A stretch of DNA of 64,000 nt, taken from the NCBI GenBank assembly GCA_965116215.1, contig OZ220494.1, positions 1,658,235 through 1,722,234 on the forward strand, read 5' to 3'. The notes below the pieces were generated by a model. That model did not search any database. It was not told where the DNA came from and saw only the letters and a program-made list of their open reading frames with translations. Source of the DNA: Bdellovibrionales bacterium. GTDB taxonomy: Bacteria > Bdellovibrionota > Bdellovibrionia > Bdellovibrionales > JAKFYE01. The position numbers and the translations under genes were made by a program. This document shows positions 28,095-36,666 of the stretch, piece by piece; position 1 is the first letter of the stretch, and each line of letters begins with the position of its first letter.

Positions 28095-29474
28095 ATGAAG
28101 AGTCGTGTTTTTATTAATCGCACAATTAATCTAAGGAAAATTGAGTATCTTGGTTTAGATATGGACCATACTCTTATTCGATATAATTCTTATAACTTTG
28201 AAGCTCTTGCACATAATATTGTTATTAATAAGTTAATAAATCAAAAAGGATATCCCAAGTCGATTGAAAAAGTCCCCTTTGATATGAATAAAACTATCAG
28301 AGGCTTAGTTTTAGATAAAGTAAGAGGCAATTTATTAAAGGTGAATTGCCATGCGGGCATTCGACAGAGTTCTCATGGAACGAAGAGGATTGATTATTCA
28401 GAGCAAAAAAAACTTTATAAAAGTACATATATTGATATTAGGGACCAGAGATATTTTAGTGTTGATACCAGTTTTTCCATATCTTATGCTTTGCTTTTTG
28501 CATCACTTGTCGACTTAAAAGACGGGGATTTAAAAGATCAACTTCCTACATATGAACAAATAGCTAATGATATTACTTTTTGTTTGGATCAGGCTCATAG
28601 AGATGGAAGTATAAAAAGCGAAGTTCAGAGGAATCTTGATAAATATATTTTAAAAGATAAACGTGTTGTTGAGGGTCTGGAGCGTTTTAAAAAACATGGG
28701 AAAAAGATATTTATCCTTACAAATTCTCTATATGAATACACAAGAATTCTTTTGGAATATGCCATTGATCCCTTTCTTAGAGAAAGTCAATCTTGGAAAG
28801 ATTTGTTTGATGTTGTCATTACAGGAGCGCAGAAGCCACGATTTTTTTGGGATCAGTTGTCTTTTATGAAGATAAATCCTGATACAGGTCAAATGGTTCT
28901 TCATGAGGGTTCTGTAAAGAAGGGGGTTTATCATGGTGGTGATGCTATACAATTTACAGATTCTATAGGTGTGACGGGTGAGGAGATTCTCTATGTTGGA
29001 GATCATATTTATGGTGATATTCTTCGTTTAAAGAAGGACTGTAACTGGAGAACGGCCCTCGTTTTGGAGGAGCTAGAAGATGAAATTTCATCTTTAAAAA
29101 AATCTATGCATGTGGATCGTATGATAAGAGCATTAATGGAGGAAAAGGAACCTCTTGAAGAGCGCATAACCCAAATGTTATCTGCGCACAAGGAAACGGG
29201 CAAAGACTTAGATCGCAAAGAATTTGATGAGGTTCAAGAAAGGCTTGCCGGTCTTGATAAGAAATTGAGTGATGCTATCAAAAAGCACCAATCTTTTTTT
29301 AATCCCTTCTGGGGTGAAATCATGCGCATTGGTAATGAAGAGAGTTATTTTGCTAGACAGGTAGAAAGATATGCCTGTGTGTATATGCCGAATCTTGCCG
29401 ACCTTTTGGCTCTTTCGCCGCGATCTTATTTGAGGGGCTACAAGAGCCGAATGCCTCATGAGGCTATACTATAA
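28095..29474 (+). CDS. HAD-superfamily 5'-nucleotidase, cytosolic cN-II-like family
   Basis: GLDMDHTLIRYN (DxDxT motif I in the cN-II context), FILTNS, YVGDHIYGDILRLKK (motif IV), long C-terminal helical region. Confidence 0.7.
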   Translation: MKSRVFINRTINLRKIEYLGLDMDHTLIRYNSYNFEALAHNIVINKLINQKGYPKSIEKVPFDMNKTIRGLVLDKVRGNLLKVNCHAGIRQSSHGTKRIDYSEQKKLYKSTYIDIRDQRYFSVDTSFSISYALLFASLVDLKDGDLKDQLPTYEQIANDITFCLDQAHRDGSIKSEVQRNLDKYILKDKRVVEGLERFKKHGKKIFILTNSLYEYTRILLEYAIDPFLRESQSWKDLFDVVITGAQKPRFFWDQLSFMKINPDTGQMVLHEGSVKKGVYHGGDAIQFTDSIGVTGEEILYVGDHIYGDILRLKKDCNWRTALVLEELEDEISSLKKSMHVDRMIRALMEEKEPLEERITQMLSAHKETGKDLDRKEFDEVQERLAGLDKKLSDAIKKHQSFFNPFWGEIMRIGNEESYFARQVERYACVYMPNLADLLALSPRSYLRGYKSRMPHEAIL

Positions 29475-30341
29475 GAAAAGATATAAAATAAAGTCTTCAC
29501 TTCCCTCTTGGTCCATACTGATAGTGAATTTTCCTTCGGGTGCGGAGTATTTTTCAGGTTTTTTTTGTTGTCTTTTTTGCTGTCTTTTGATGAGGCAGGT
29601 TAATCGGCTGGGTCCTTTAAATATATTTTCTGTGCAGGGGCCATATAGGAACTGGGCCTCATTTCTGACTTTTAAAATGGCGATACTTAAAATGCGAGGT
29701 CTTTTTTTATATGGGATGTCTGGTAGCCAAGATGTTTTATCTAAAAAGCTCAAAGATTTTTGAATGGGTAATATATAAATTCTTTTTTCTCCTATTTTCA
29801 TAGGGTTTGAGGGGAAAGGAGCCATGAGCTGGAGGGGTAATGATCTTGTGGTGATTGTATTAGGAAGGGTGCTCTGTCTTGGGTTCTTTGTTAGTGGTTT
29901 GGCTATTTGCTGTTGAGCGGCTTTCGCTTTGAGTCTTTGCCAAATTTGTTCTGTTGTAGGGGGCTCGATGGGCTTTATAAATTGTGTGATGTCTTCTGGA
30001 TGTATTGTTTTTTTTAAATGAAGATTTGTCCAAACTGTTCTCTTATGAGAAGTGATATTTTGAAATGTATGAGCGAGTGCAAGGGCTAAGTGTATTGTCT
30101 TTGTATCCTCTAATCCGAGGATGATAATATCTTGCATGGCAAGGCGTCCATAAAGTTGTTTTTTGATAACATCGGTTAATTCTTTATGGCTTTTAAAAAA
30201 AGAAGGTTTAATGACTTTTATGGATTTGGGCTGGATACCTGTTGTAAAAATTCCCCAATATCCTAGGCCGACAGTGAAAATAAAAAATAACCAGATCCAT
30301 TTCATGGCCTTTGTCTTTTCACGAGTTGTTTCAATTGACAA
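29469..30341 (-). CDS. Hypothetical membrane-anchored protein
   Basis: 290 aa; one N-terminal TM segment (WIWLFFIFTVGLGYWGIF); no recognisable motif. The 3' end overlaps the convergent nucleotidase gene by 6 nt. Confidence 0.35.
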   Translation of the reverse strand: MSIETTREKTKAMKWIWLFFIFTVGLGYWGIFTTGIQPKSIKVIKPSFFKSHKELTDVIKKQLYGRLAMQDIIILGLEDTKTIHLALALAHTFQNITSHKRTVWTNLHLKKTIHPEDITQFIKPIEPPTTEQIWQRLKAKAAQQQIAKPLTKNPRQSTLPNTITTRSLPLQLMAPFPSNPMKIGEKRIYILPIQKSLSFLDKTSWLPDIPYKKRPRILSIAILKVRNEAQFLYGPCTENIFKGPSRLTCLIKRQQKRQQKKPEKYSAPEGKFTISMDQEGSEDFILYLFL

Positions 30342-30463
30342 TAAAGACTCGAAGGGATGAGCCCTAGCGTTATGCCTTGGCCGTATAAAGATTGAGGGGG
30401 CTAAGGATAGAACAAGTTCATCTCCTTCTAGGATTTGCTTTTAATTGAGAAAAGCAACAGGGG

Positions 30464-30703
30464 GGAGAGTTTTTCTGAGGGCTGCCAAAATCTCAGACAG
30501 CTCTGCGGTCCGCAGGCTCGTGGCGAAGCCTAAAAGCCTTGGCTAGATAATGCTCGATGCAGCCAAGCAGAGAATAAACGATCTCTCCTAATACGCCCTG
30601 CGCTTTGAAAAACTCGCTTTAAGAGAAAAATAAAAGCCTTTTTCCACTGCAGGCTAAAGGCGCAAGCTGGATAATGCTCGATACAGTCAAGCAGAGAATA
30701 AAC
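30464..30703. repeat. Mosaic repeat, locus 3: one long-form unit (30464-~30643) plus a partial second unit
   Basis: Head ggagagtttttctgaggg (type 1), core ccaaaatctcagacagctctgcggtccgcaggctcgt, internal segment ending agagaataaacgatctctcc, tail tttaagagaaaaataaaagcc (degenerate type 2). 30595-30660 is nearly identical to 2476-2542. Confidence 0.8.
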
Positions 30704-30926
30704 TTTGTTTCAGCCAATAGAGTTTATATGTTTGGATTTTATCGCATTCCAAAGAGTTTCCAACTTGCTTTCGAAGGGTTCAGTGATAAAGTAAAAATAG
30801 CGTATATCCAAAATATGGAGAGCGACTAGAGTCAAAGTGAAAGAGGCGAAGGAAATTAGGGTTAAGAAAAAAAGTAGCCAGACAAAAAAGAGCGTATGAA
30901 AATTTAACCATACAAGGACTTGATCT

Positions 30927-31667
30927 ATGCGACGGGTACCTTTAAAAACGAACTACCGTTATGGTCTTATCGGTAATGGTAGGGTTTCCAAACATATACA
31001 ATATTATTTTGATGAACTAAATATTGAGTACTGTCTATGGACGAGACAGAATCAAAATACATCTCTCAGAGACTTTTATGAAAACTGCACTCATCTATTG
31101 ATTCTTATCTCAGATGATGCCATTGAGTTATTTCTTCAGAAAAACTTATATCTTCAAAATAAGCCTACTGTTCATTTCTCTGGTTCCGTTTGTTCCCCTT
31201 TGGCCATAGGAATGCACCCTTTAATGACATTTTCTTATGGTGTTTATGATTTAAAGACCTATCAGTCCATTCCTTTTATTTGTGAGAAGGGCAAGATCAC
31301 TTTTGAAAAAATGTTTCCACAGCTACCGAACCCTTATTTTGTCATAGAACCTGAAGACAAGGCATACTATCATGCACTTTGTGTTATGGCGGGAAACTTT
31401 TCTCAACTGTTGTGGGAGGAGTTTTTTTCAGGATTAGAGACTATTCGACTACCTCGATCTGTTTGTTACCCCTATCTAAAAAAAGTTTTTTCTAACCTTA
31501 TAGATAGAGATACGAGAAAAAGTGCACTGACGGGTCCGCTGCAAAGAAGAGATATAAATACAATAAAAAACAATCTAAAAGCTCTGCCAAATAAAAATAT
31601 AGAGAACTTATATAAAGCTTTTATCAAAAGCTATGATGAAGCTATTTACAGGGAGGTTGAAAAATGA
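30927..31667 (+). CDS. Rossmann-fold oxidoreductase with DUF2520-like C-terminal domain (candidate ketopantoate reductase)
   Basis: N-terminal YGLIGNGRVS dinucleotide-binding motif. C-terminal ALTGPLQRRD resembles the TGPxxRGD block I associate with DUF2520. Stop at 31665-31667 lies 60 nt before the preferred panB start (31728). Confidence 0.5.
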   Translation: MRRVPLKTNYRYGLIGNGRVSKHIQYYFDELNIEYCLWTRQNQNTSLRDFYENCTHLLILISDDAIELFLQKNLYLQNKPTVHFSGSVCSPLAIGMHPLMTFSYGVYDLKTYQSIPFICEKGKITFEKMFPQLPNPYFVIEPEDKAYYHALCVMAGNFSQLLWEEFFSGLETIRLPRSVCYPYLKKVFSNLIDRDTRKSALTGPLQRRDINTIKNNLKALPNKNIENLYKAFIKSYDEAIYREVEK

Positions 31668-31727
31668 GTGTTCTTAACGGCAGATACACTATTGTATCCA
31701 CTGATTTCATTGATGAGGAGATATAAG

Positions 31728-32555
31728 ATGACGGTCCTTGATATTATAGGAAGAAAAAAGACGAACAAAAAAATTGCTATGGTCACTAGCTATGACTATT
31801 GGAGTGCCCGTATTTTAAATCAAACAGACATTGATATTTTATTAGTTGGGGACAGTTTAGCTATGGTTGTCTATGGCTATTCAACAACACTTCCAGCATC
31901 AGTTGAGATGATGGCAAGGCATACAGAAGCTGTCGTTCGTGGAGCAAAAAGTAAGTTTATTGTCTCAGATCTTCCCTTTTTGAGTTTTCGTAAGGGTATT
32001 TCTGTAGCCATGGACGCTGTTCATGATCTCATGGTCAGTGGTGCAGAGGCTGTTAAGCTTGAAGGTGTTGATGGACATGAAAAAACTGTCGAACAGATTG
32101 TGAAATCAGGAGTTCCTGTTATGGGACACATAGGATTAACACCTCAGTCTGTTCATGCTTTGGGGGGGCATAGGGTTCAGGGACAATCTCAATTTCAAAG
32201 TGGAGAACTGAGAAGGCAGGCCAAGACACTTGAGGACTTAGGGTGTTTTAGTCTTGTATTGGAGTGTATTCCTGAAAAGTTAGGACAAAAAATAACAGAG
32301 GAGTTAACTATCCCCACCATTGGTATAGGGGCTGGTATGTACACTGATGGTCAGGTTCTTGTTCTGCAAGATTTATTAGGTGCTAACTCCAATTTTTCCC
32401 CGAAGTTTTTAAGAAAGTATGAAGATATGGAAACTGCAGTTTTTGAAGCTGTTAATCGGTATGTTCAAGATATTCAAAAGGGTGACTTTCCTAGTTTTAA
32501 AGAGAGTTATTTTTCCCCTGAATATATGACAATAGATCGTGAGGGAATGACTTAA
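31728..32555 (+). CDS. panB: 3-methyl-2-oxobutanoate hydroxymethyltransferase
   Basis: MVTSYDYWSA, LLVGDSLAMVVYGY, KLEG, GHIGLTPQS. The ATG at 31728 is preceded by gaggag; the ORF-track GTG at 31668 is probably too early. Confidence 0.9.
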   Translation: MTVLDIIGRKKTNKKIAMVTSYDYWSARILNQTDIDILLVGDSLAMVVYGYSTTLPASVEMMARHTEAVVRGAKSKFIVSDLPFLSFRKGISVAMDAVHDLMVSGAEAVKLEGVDGHEKTVEQIVKSGVPVMGHIGLTPQSVHALGGHRVQGQSQFQSGELRRQAKTLEDLGCFSLVLECIPEKLGQKITEELTIPTIGIGAGMYTDGQVLVLQDLLGANSNFSPKFLRKYEDMETAVFEAVNRYVQDIQKGDFPSFKESYFSPEYMTIDREGMT

Positions 32556-32615
32556 AAGAAGAGCGAATGAGAGAAGGGGGCCAAAGCAATCATTTTTAGA
32601 AAGGTGGGATATTCA

Positions 32616-33371
32616 ATGGATGTTATCAGATCTGTAAAAGAAATGGTCGATATTCGTAAGAATATATCAGACAAAAATATAGGCTATGTTCCAACAATGG
32701 GTGGTATACATGATGGACATTTATCCTTAATGAAAAAAGCTCAGTCCGAATGTGTAAAGGTTGTTGTCAGTGTGTTTTTAAATCCTTTCCAATTTAATAA
32801 TTCAGACGATTTAAGTTCTTATCCTTCAAATATTGAACGGGATTTAGGGCTTTTAAAGCACCAAGGCATAGACTATGTTTTTCTTCCTCAGACTGATGAA
32901 ATCTATCCAGATCGCTATAAGTATAAAGTCATGGAATCTTCATTGAGTCGAAAATACTGTGGCCAATATAGGCCAGGCCATTTTGATGGTGTCTTGACTG
33001 TTATTTTAAAATTATTTCATATTATCTGTCCTCATCGAGCTTATTTTGGAGAAAAAGATTATCAGCAATTGATTTTGATTCAAGAGATGGTGGAGTCTTT
33101 ATTTTTACCAGTTCATATTGTGCCGTGTGCGATTGTTCGAGATCAGGATGGACTGGCTATGAGTTCGCGGAATCAATTGTTGGACAGGGCTTCTCGTAAA
33201 AAGGCTTCTGTATTTTATAAAATTCTCTCTGAATCTTCAACGAATGAAGTCGCAAGAGAAGAATTGGAAGGGCTTGGGTTTCAGGTGGAATATGTGGAAA
33301 CATTAAATAATCGCCGGTTAGGGGCCATCAAATTAAAAGGTGTGAGATTAATCGATAATGTTAAAATTTGA
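32616..33371 (+). CDS. panC: Pantoate--beta-alanine ligase
   Basis: GYVPTMGGIHDGHLSL (HIGH-like), FLNPFQF, FGEKDYQQ, LAMSSRN. Confidence 0.9.
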   Translation: MDVIRSVKEMVDIRKNISDKNIGYVPTMGGIHDGHLSLMKKAQSECVKVVVSVFLNPFQFNNSDDLSSYPSNIERDLGLLKHQGIDYVFLPQTDEIYPDRYKYKVMESSLSRKYCGQYRPGHFDGVLTVILKLFHIICPHRAYFGEKDYQQLILIQEMVESLFLPVHIVPCAIVRDQDGLAMSSRNQLLDRASRKKASVFYKILSESSTNEVAREELEGLGFQVEYVETLNNRRLGAIKLKGVRLIDNVKI

Positions 33372-33414
33372 AGAATGATTTTTATGAGACTTTGTTCTTT
33401 ATAGGAAGGTGATA

Positions 33415-33969
33415 ATGCCCCCATTGGAAAAAAAAGTTTTATTTCAGCTTTCAGGGTCTATAGCGTGCTATAAGTCGGCTGATATTATTTCTTGCTTGGT
33501 GAAATTGGGATTTGAAATACAAACTGTTTGTACGTTGTCTGCCTTAAAATTTATAGGGGAAGCCACTTTAGAGGGGCTGACGGGGAAGCCCTGTCTAACA
33601 GACAATTTTTCAAGAGGAAAAATGATGAATCATATTTCTTTAGCAAGGGAGTATGAGCTACATATTCTCTGTCCGGCAACAGCTCATACATTAAATCGTC
33701 TGTCTATGGGATTGTGTGATGATCTTGTGGGGACTCTTTTTTTATCTAATAATTTTTATAAACCCTATTGGGTTTTTCCGGCCATGAACACTCAAATGTT
33801 GGAGCATCCAGCTACACAGGAGGCTCTTGAAAAATTAACATCTTGGGGTGTAAAAGTATTTGATACGGATTCTGGAGCACTGGCCTGTGGAGAAGTTGGT
33901 GAGGGGAGGCTTTTAGATACAAAAAAAATCATTTCAACGATATGTCAGCATTTTGGAATCTCTTCATGA
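33415..33969 (+). CDS. coaC: Phosphopantothenoylcysteine decarboxylase (stand-alone flavoprotein, CoaC)
   Basis: QLSGSIACYK, CPATAHTLNRLSMGLCDDL, PAMNTQM, LACGEVGEGRL are typical of the N-terminal half of Dfp. 186 aa only. Confidence 0.8.
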   Translation: MPPLEKKVLFQLSGSIACYKSADIISCLVKLGFEIQTVCTLSALKFIGEATLEGLTGKPCLTDNFSRGKMMNHISLAREYELHILCPATAHTLNRLSMGLCDDLVGTLFLSNNFYKPYWVFPAMNTQMLEHPATQEALEKLTSWGVKVFDTDSGALACGEVGEGRLLDTKKIISTICQHFGISS

Positions 33970-34157
33970 GGACTCATTTTATTGAGAATCAATGGGTAAG
34001 ATAGAGATGTAAAACGATGGGATAAAAGTTTTTTTTAGATGTGTTGCTGGGGCGATTTTTTTAATAAAGAGGGTTCCTATTTGGAAAGATTATGGAATAA
34101 GAGATGACTTTAAAATTTTTTGATAGGAATGATCTTTGACGATTTAGGAGTTTTTGA

Positions 34158-34817
34158 ATGAAGAGTATTCTAATCACTGCAGGGGGTACCGAAGAGCCGA
34201 TTGATGTCATTAGAAGTATTGGCAACTTCAGCTCTGGGAGGACAGGAGTGTATTTGGCAGACTTTTTCACAAATGCAGGTCATTCAGTGACGTTGCTGGC
34301 TCATAAAAACACATGGGTTTCCAATTCTTATCTAACAGAGAAATATAGATATACAGAAGATTTAAGGAAACTTTTACATAAGCATCTTTCGACAAGGAAA
34401 TATCATGTTATTGTCCATTCATCCGCAGTGAGTGACTTCTATGTAAAATCAATCTCATCTCAGGGTATATCATTGAATCTAAGGTGTTCTTCAAAAATCA
34501 CCTCTGAGCAGAATCTTGAATTATTATTGTATCCGAATAAAAAACTTATTTCTGAATTGCGAAAGTATTCTAAAAATAAAGAAATACTGATTATTGGTTT
34601 TAAACTTTTAAATCATCCCAATGAAAGCGATGTGAGGACATCCATTAAAAAGTTATTTGTCACATCACCTATAGACTATGTTGTGTATAATGACCTGTCT
34701 AAAATAAAAGGCGATCAGCATAAGACATGGATTTATGACTCGAACCAAAATTTGATTTCAAAGGGTGAGACCAAAAAAGAGCTTGCTGTTCATCTTGAAT
34801 CTTTAATTATGGGTTAG
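34158..34817 (+). CDS. coaB: Phosphopantothenate--cysteine ligase (stand-alone CoaB)
   Basis: ILITAGGTEEPIDVIRSIGNFSSGRTG and SSAVSDF match the CoaB half of Dfp. 219 aa. Confidence 0.75.
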   Translation: MKSILITAGGTEEPIDVIRSIGNFSSGRTGVYLADFFTNAGHSVTLLAHKNTWVSNSYLTEKYRYTEDLRKLLHKHLSTRKYHVIVHSSAVSDFYVKSISSQGISLNLRCSSKITSEQNLELLLYPNKKLISELRKYSKNKEILIIGFKLLNHPNESDVRTSIKKLFVTSPIDYVVYNDLSKIKGDQHKTWIYDSNQNLISKGETKKELAVHLESLIMG

Positions 34818-34996
34818 ATAGAAGGACTTGTTTTGTATGAATCATTGACGAATGTATGAGTTTATAGAGTTTTCATCAAAGATTTGAATCCATTCAGAGG
34901 AAGAAAATTTTGTTGTGAATTTTAAATCTTTAGTTTGGAGTGTCTATAAATTATTTTTAGAATAGATGTAGATTAATTATCAGGGAGTCATAGTGT

Positions 34997-35770
34997 ATGA
35001 TCTTATGTTTAGATGTCGGTAATTCACAGATATATATGGGTTTATATGACTCTAATGAACAATTGCAGTTGAGTTTCCGTAGAGCATCTAGGGTTGGCAT
35101 TTCTTCGGATGAGATGGGTCTTTTCCTTAAGGGTGTTTTGAGAGAAAATGATGTAGATCCTGATAAGATTAAAGAGACTTCTATTTGCTCTGTTGTTCCA
35201 GAGATTGTACATTCTTTGCGAAATTGCTTTAGAAAATATTTTAATGTAAATCCTTTTATATTACAACCTGGGGCAAAAACAGGATTAAAAATTCAATATC
35301 GTAATCCCATTGAAGTGGGGGCTGACCGAATAGCTAATGCTATTGCGGCAACGGAATTGTGCCCAGGTAAAAATATTGTCATTGTGGATTTTGGAACAGC
35401 GAATACGTTTTGTGCTGTTGGAAAGTTGAAGAGTTACTTAGGCGGAATTATTACGCCAGGTCTTCGAGTGAGTATGGAATCATTGGTGGAAAAGACGGCC
35501 AAGTTACCACGCGTAGAGATTAAAAAGCCAGGTGGCATTTTAGGGAGGTCGACGGTTGAAAGCATTCAATCAGGGCTTTACTTTGGGAATTTAAAGATGA
35601 TAGGTGGGATTATTGAAAGTTTGAAACTTGAAGTTTTTCCCGGAGAAGAAGTTGTTGTGATTGGAACCGGAGGGTTTGCAAGACTTTATGAGGGGGAGCA
35701 TCTTTTTACAAAGGTGGAACCTTATTTGGTCTTAAAAGGGCTGTTGAGGGCTTTGAAATTAAATACATAG
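34997..35770 (+). CDS. coaX: Type III pantothenate kinase
   Basis: [39 protein letters not shown]. Confidence 0.9.
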   Translation: MILCLDVGNSQIYMGLYDSNEQLQLSFRRASRVGISSDEMGLFLKGVLRENDVDPDKIKETSICSVVPEIVHSLRNCFRKYFNVNPFILQPGAKTGLKIQYRNPIEVGADRIANAIAATELCPGKNIVIVDFGTANTFCAVGKLKSYLGGIITPGLRVSMESLVEKTAKLPRVEIKKPGGILGRSTVESIQSGLYFGNLKMIGGIIESLKLEVFPGEEVVVIGTGGFARLYEGEHLFTKVEPYLVLKGLLRALKLNT

Positions 35771-35840
35771 AGAATAGGCAAAAAGGTGTTATGGATTATT
35801 TTGAAGTGAAAATGTTGGCGAATATTGAAAGAGGATCAAT

Positions 35841-36203
35841 ATGCAAATTTCTGTCTTAAAATCCAAAATTCATAGAGCCATAGTGACAGATGCTAATTTA
35901 GACTATGAAGGATCTGTCTCTTTAGATCAGGGCTTGATGTCTATGGCGGGTCTTTTTCCAAATGAAAAGGTAGATATCTATAATATTAATAATGGGGCTC
36001 GCTTTTCTACCTATGCCATAGCTGGTGGTGTCGGAGAGGTTTGCTTAAATGGAGCGGCGGCAAGACAGGTCTGCAAAGGAGATCGTGTCATTATTGTGAG
36101 TTATTGCTTCATAGAGGCAGAGGAGGCCCTCCAATGGAGACCCAAGGTTATTATGTTAGGGGAAAGCAATAGAGATATTCAGTCGAGTGGTGTACAAAAA
36201 TAA
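35841..36203 (+). CDS. panD: Aspartate 1-decarboxylase
   Basis: LKSKIHRAIVTDANLDYEGSVSLD with the Gly-Ser self-processing site; YAI.G..G...LNGAAAR. Confidence 0.92.
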   Translation: MQISVLKSKIHRAIVTDANLDYEGSVSLDQGLMSMAGLFPNEKVDIYNINNGARFSTYAIAGGVGEVCLNGAAARQVCKGDRVIIVSYCFIEAEEALQWRPKVIMLGESNRDIQSSGVQK

Positions 36204-36666
36204 GTCAGGCGTCTTCGTTGTTATTATTTTTGGATTGGCCATGAGTGAAGAGGTCTTTTAACCCGTAGACAAGGTTGTTGTTACCTAGAGAATTTTTTCT
36301 TTTATAGACTGCATTTTAATAAGAGTTCCAAATGAAAAATCCAGTAGTTATAGAGTTTTGCTTTGGCTCTTGAGTCTATTGTGTTCTGTTCATCAGAGCA
36401 TTAAGGAGGTGCTATCAGTTTTGGAGTATCTTTTGCTACTGAGAGTAGTTATCAAATTAAAAAATTAAGACTCTTAATTGTGTTGTTGTTTGTATAGTAT
36501 AAAATGCGATGAATTGTGCGACCTCATTGGATCTTGATTTTAAAGGTCTCTTAAATAAAGGGGTATTTTAAATGAAATTGTTGGTATTTGTCTTATGTCC
36601 CCCTCTTTTTATTTTGTTTCTATTATTTTCTCGACTTTGTAGTTTCTTTATTTTACAGAGATATCT

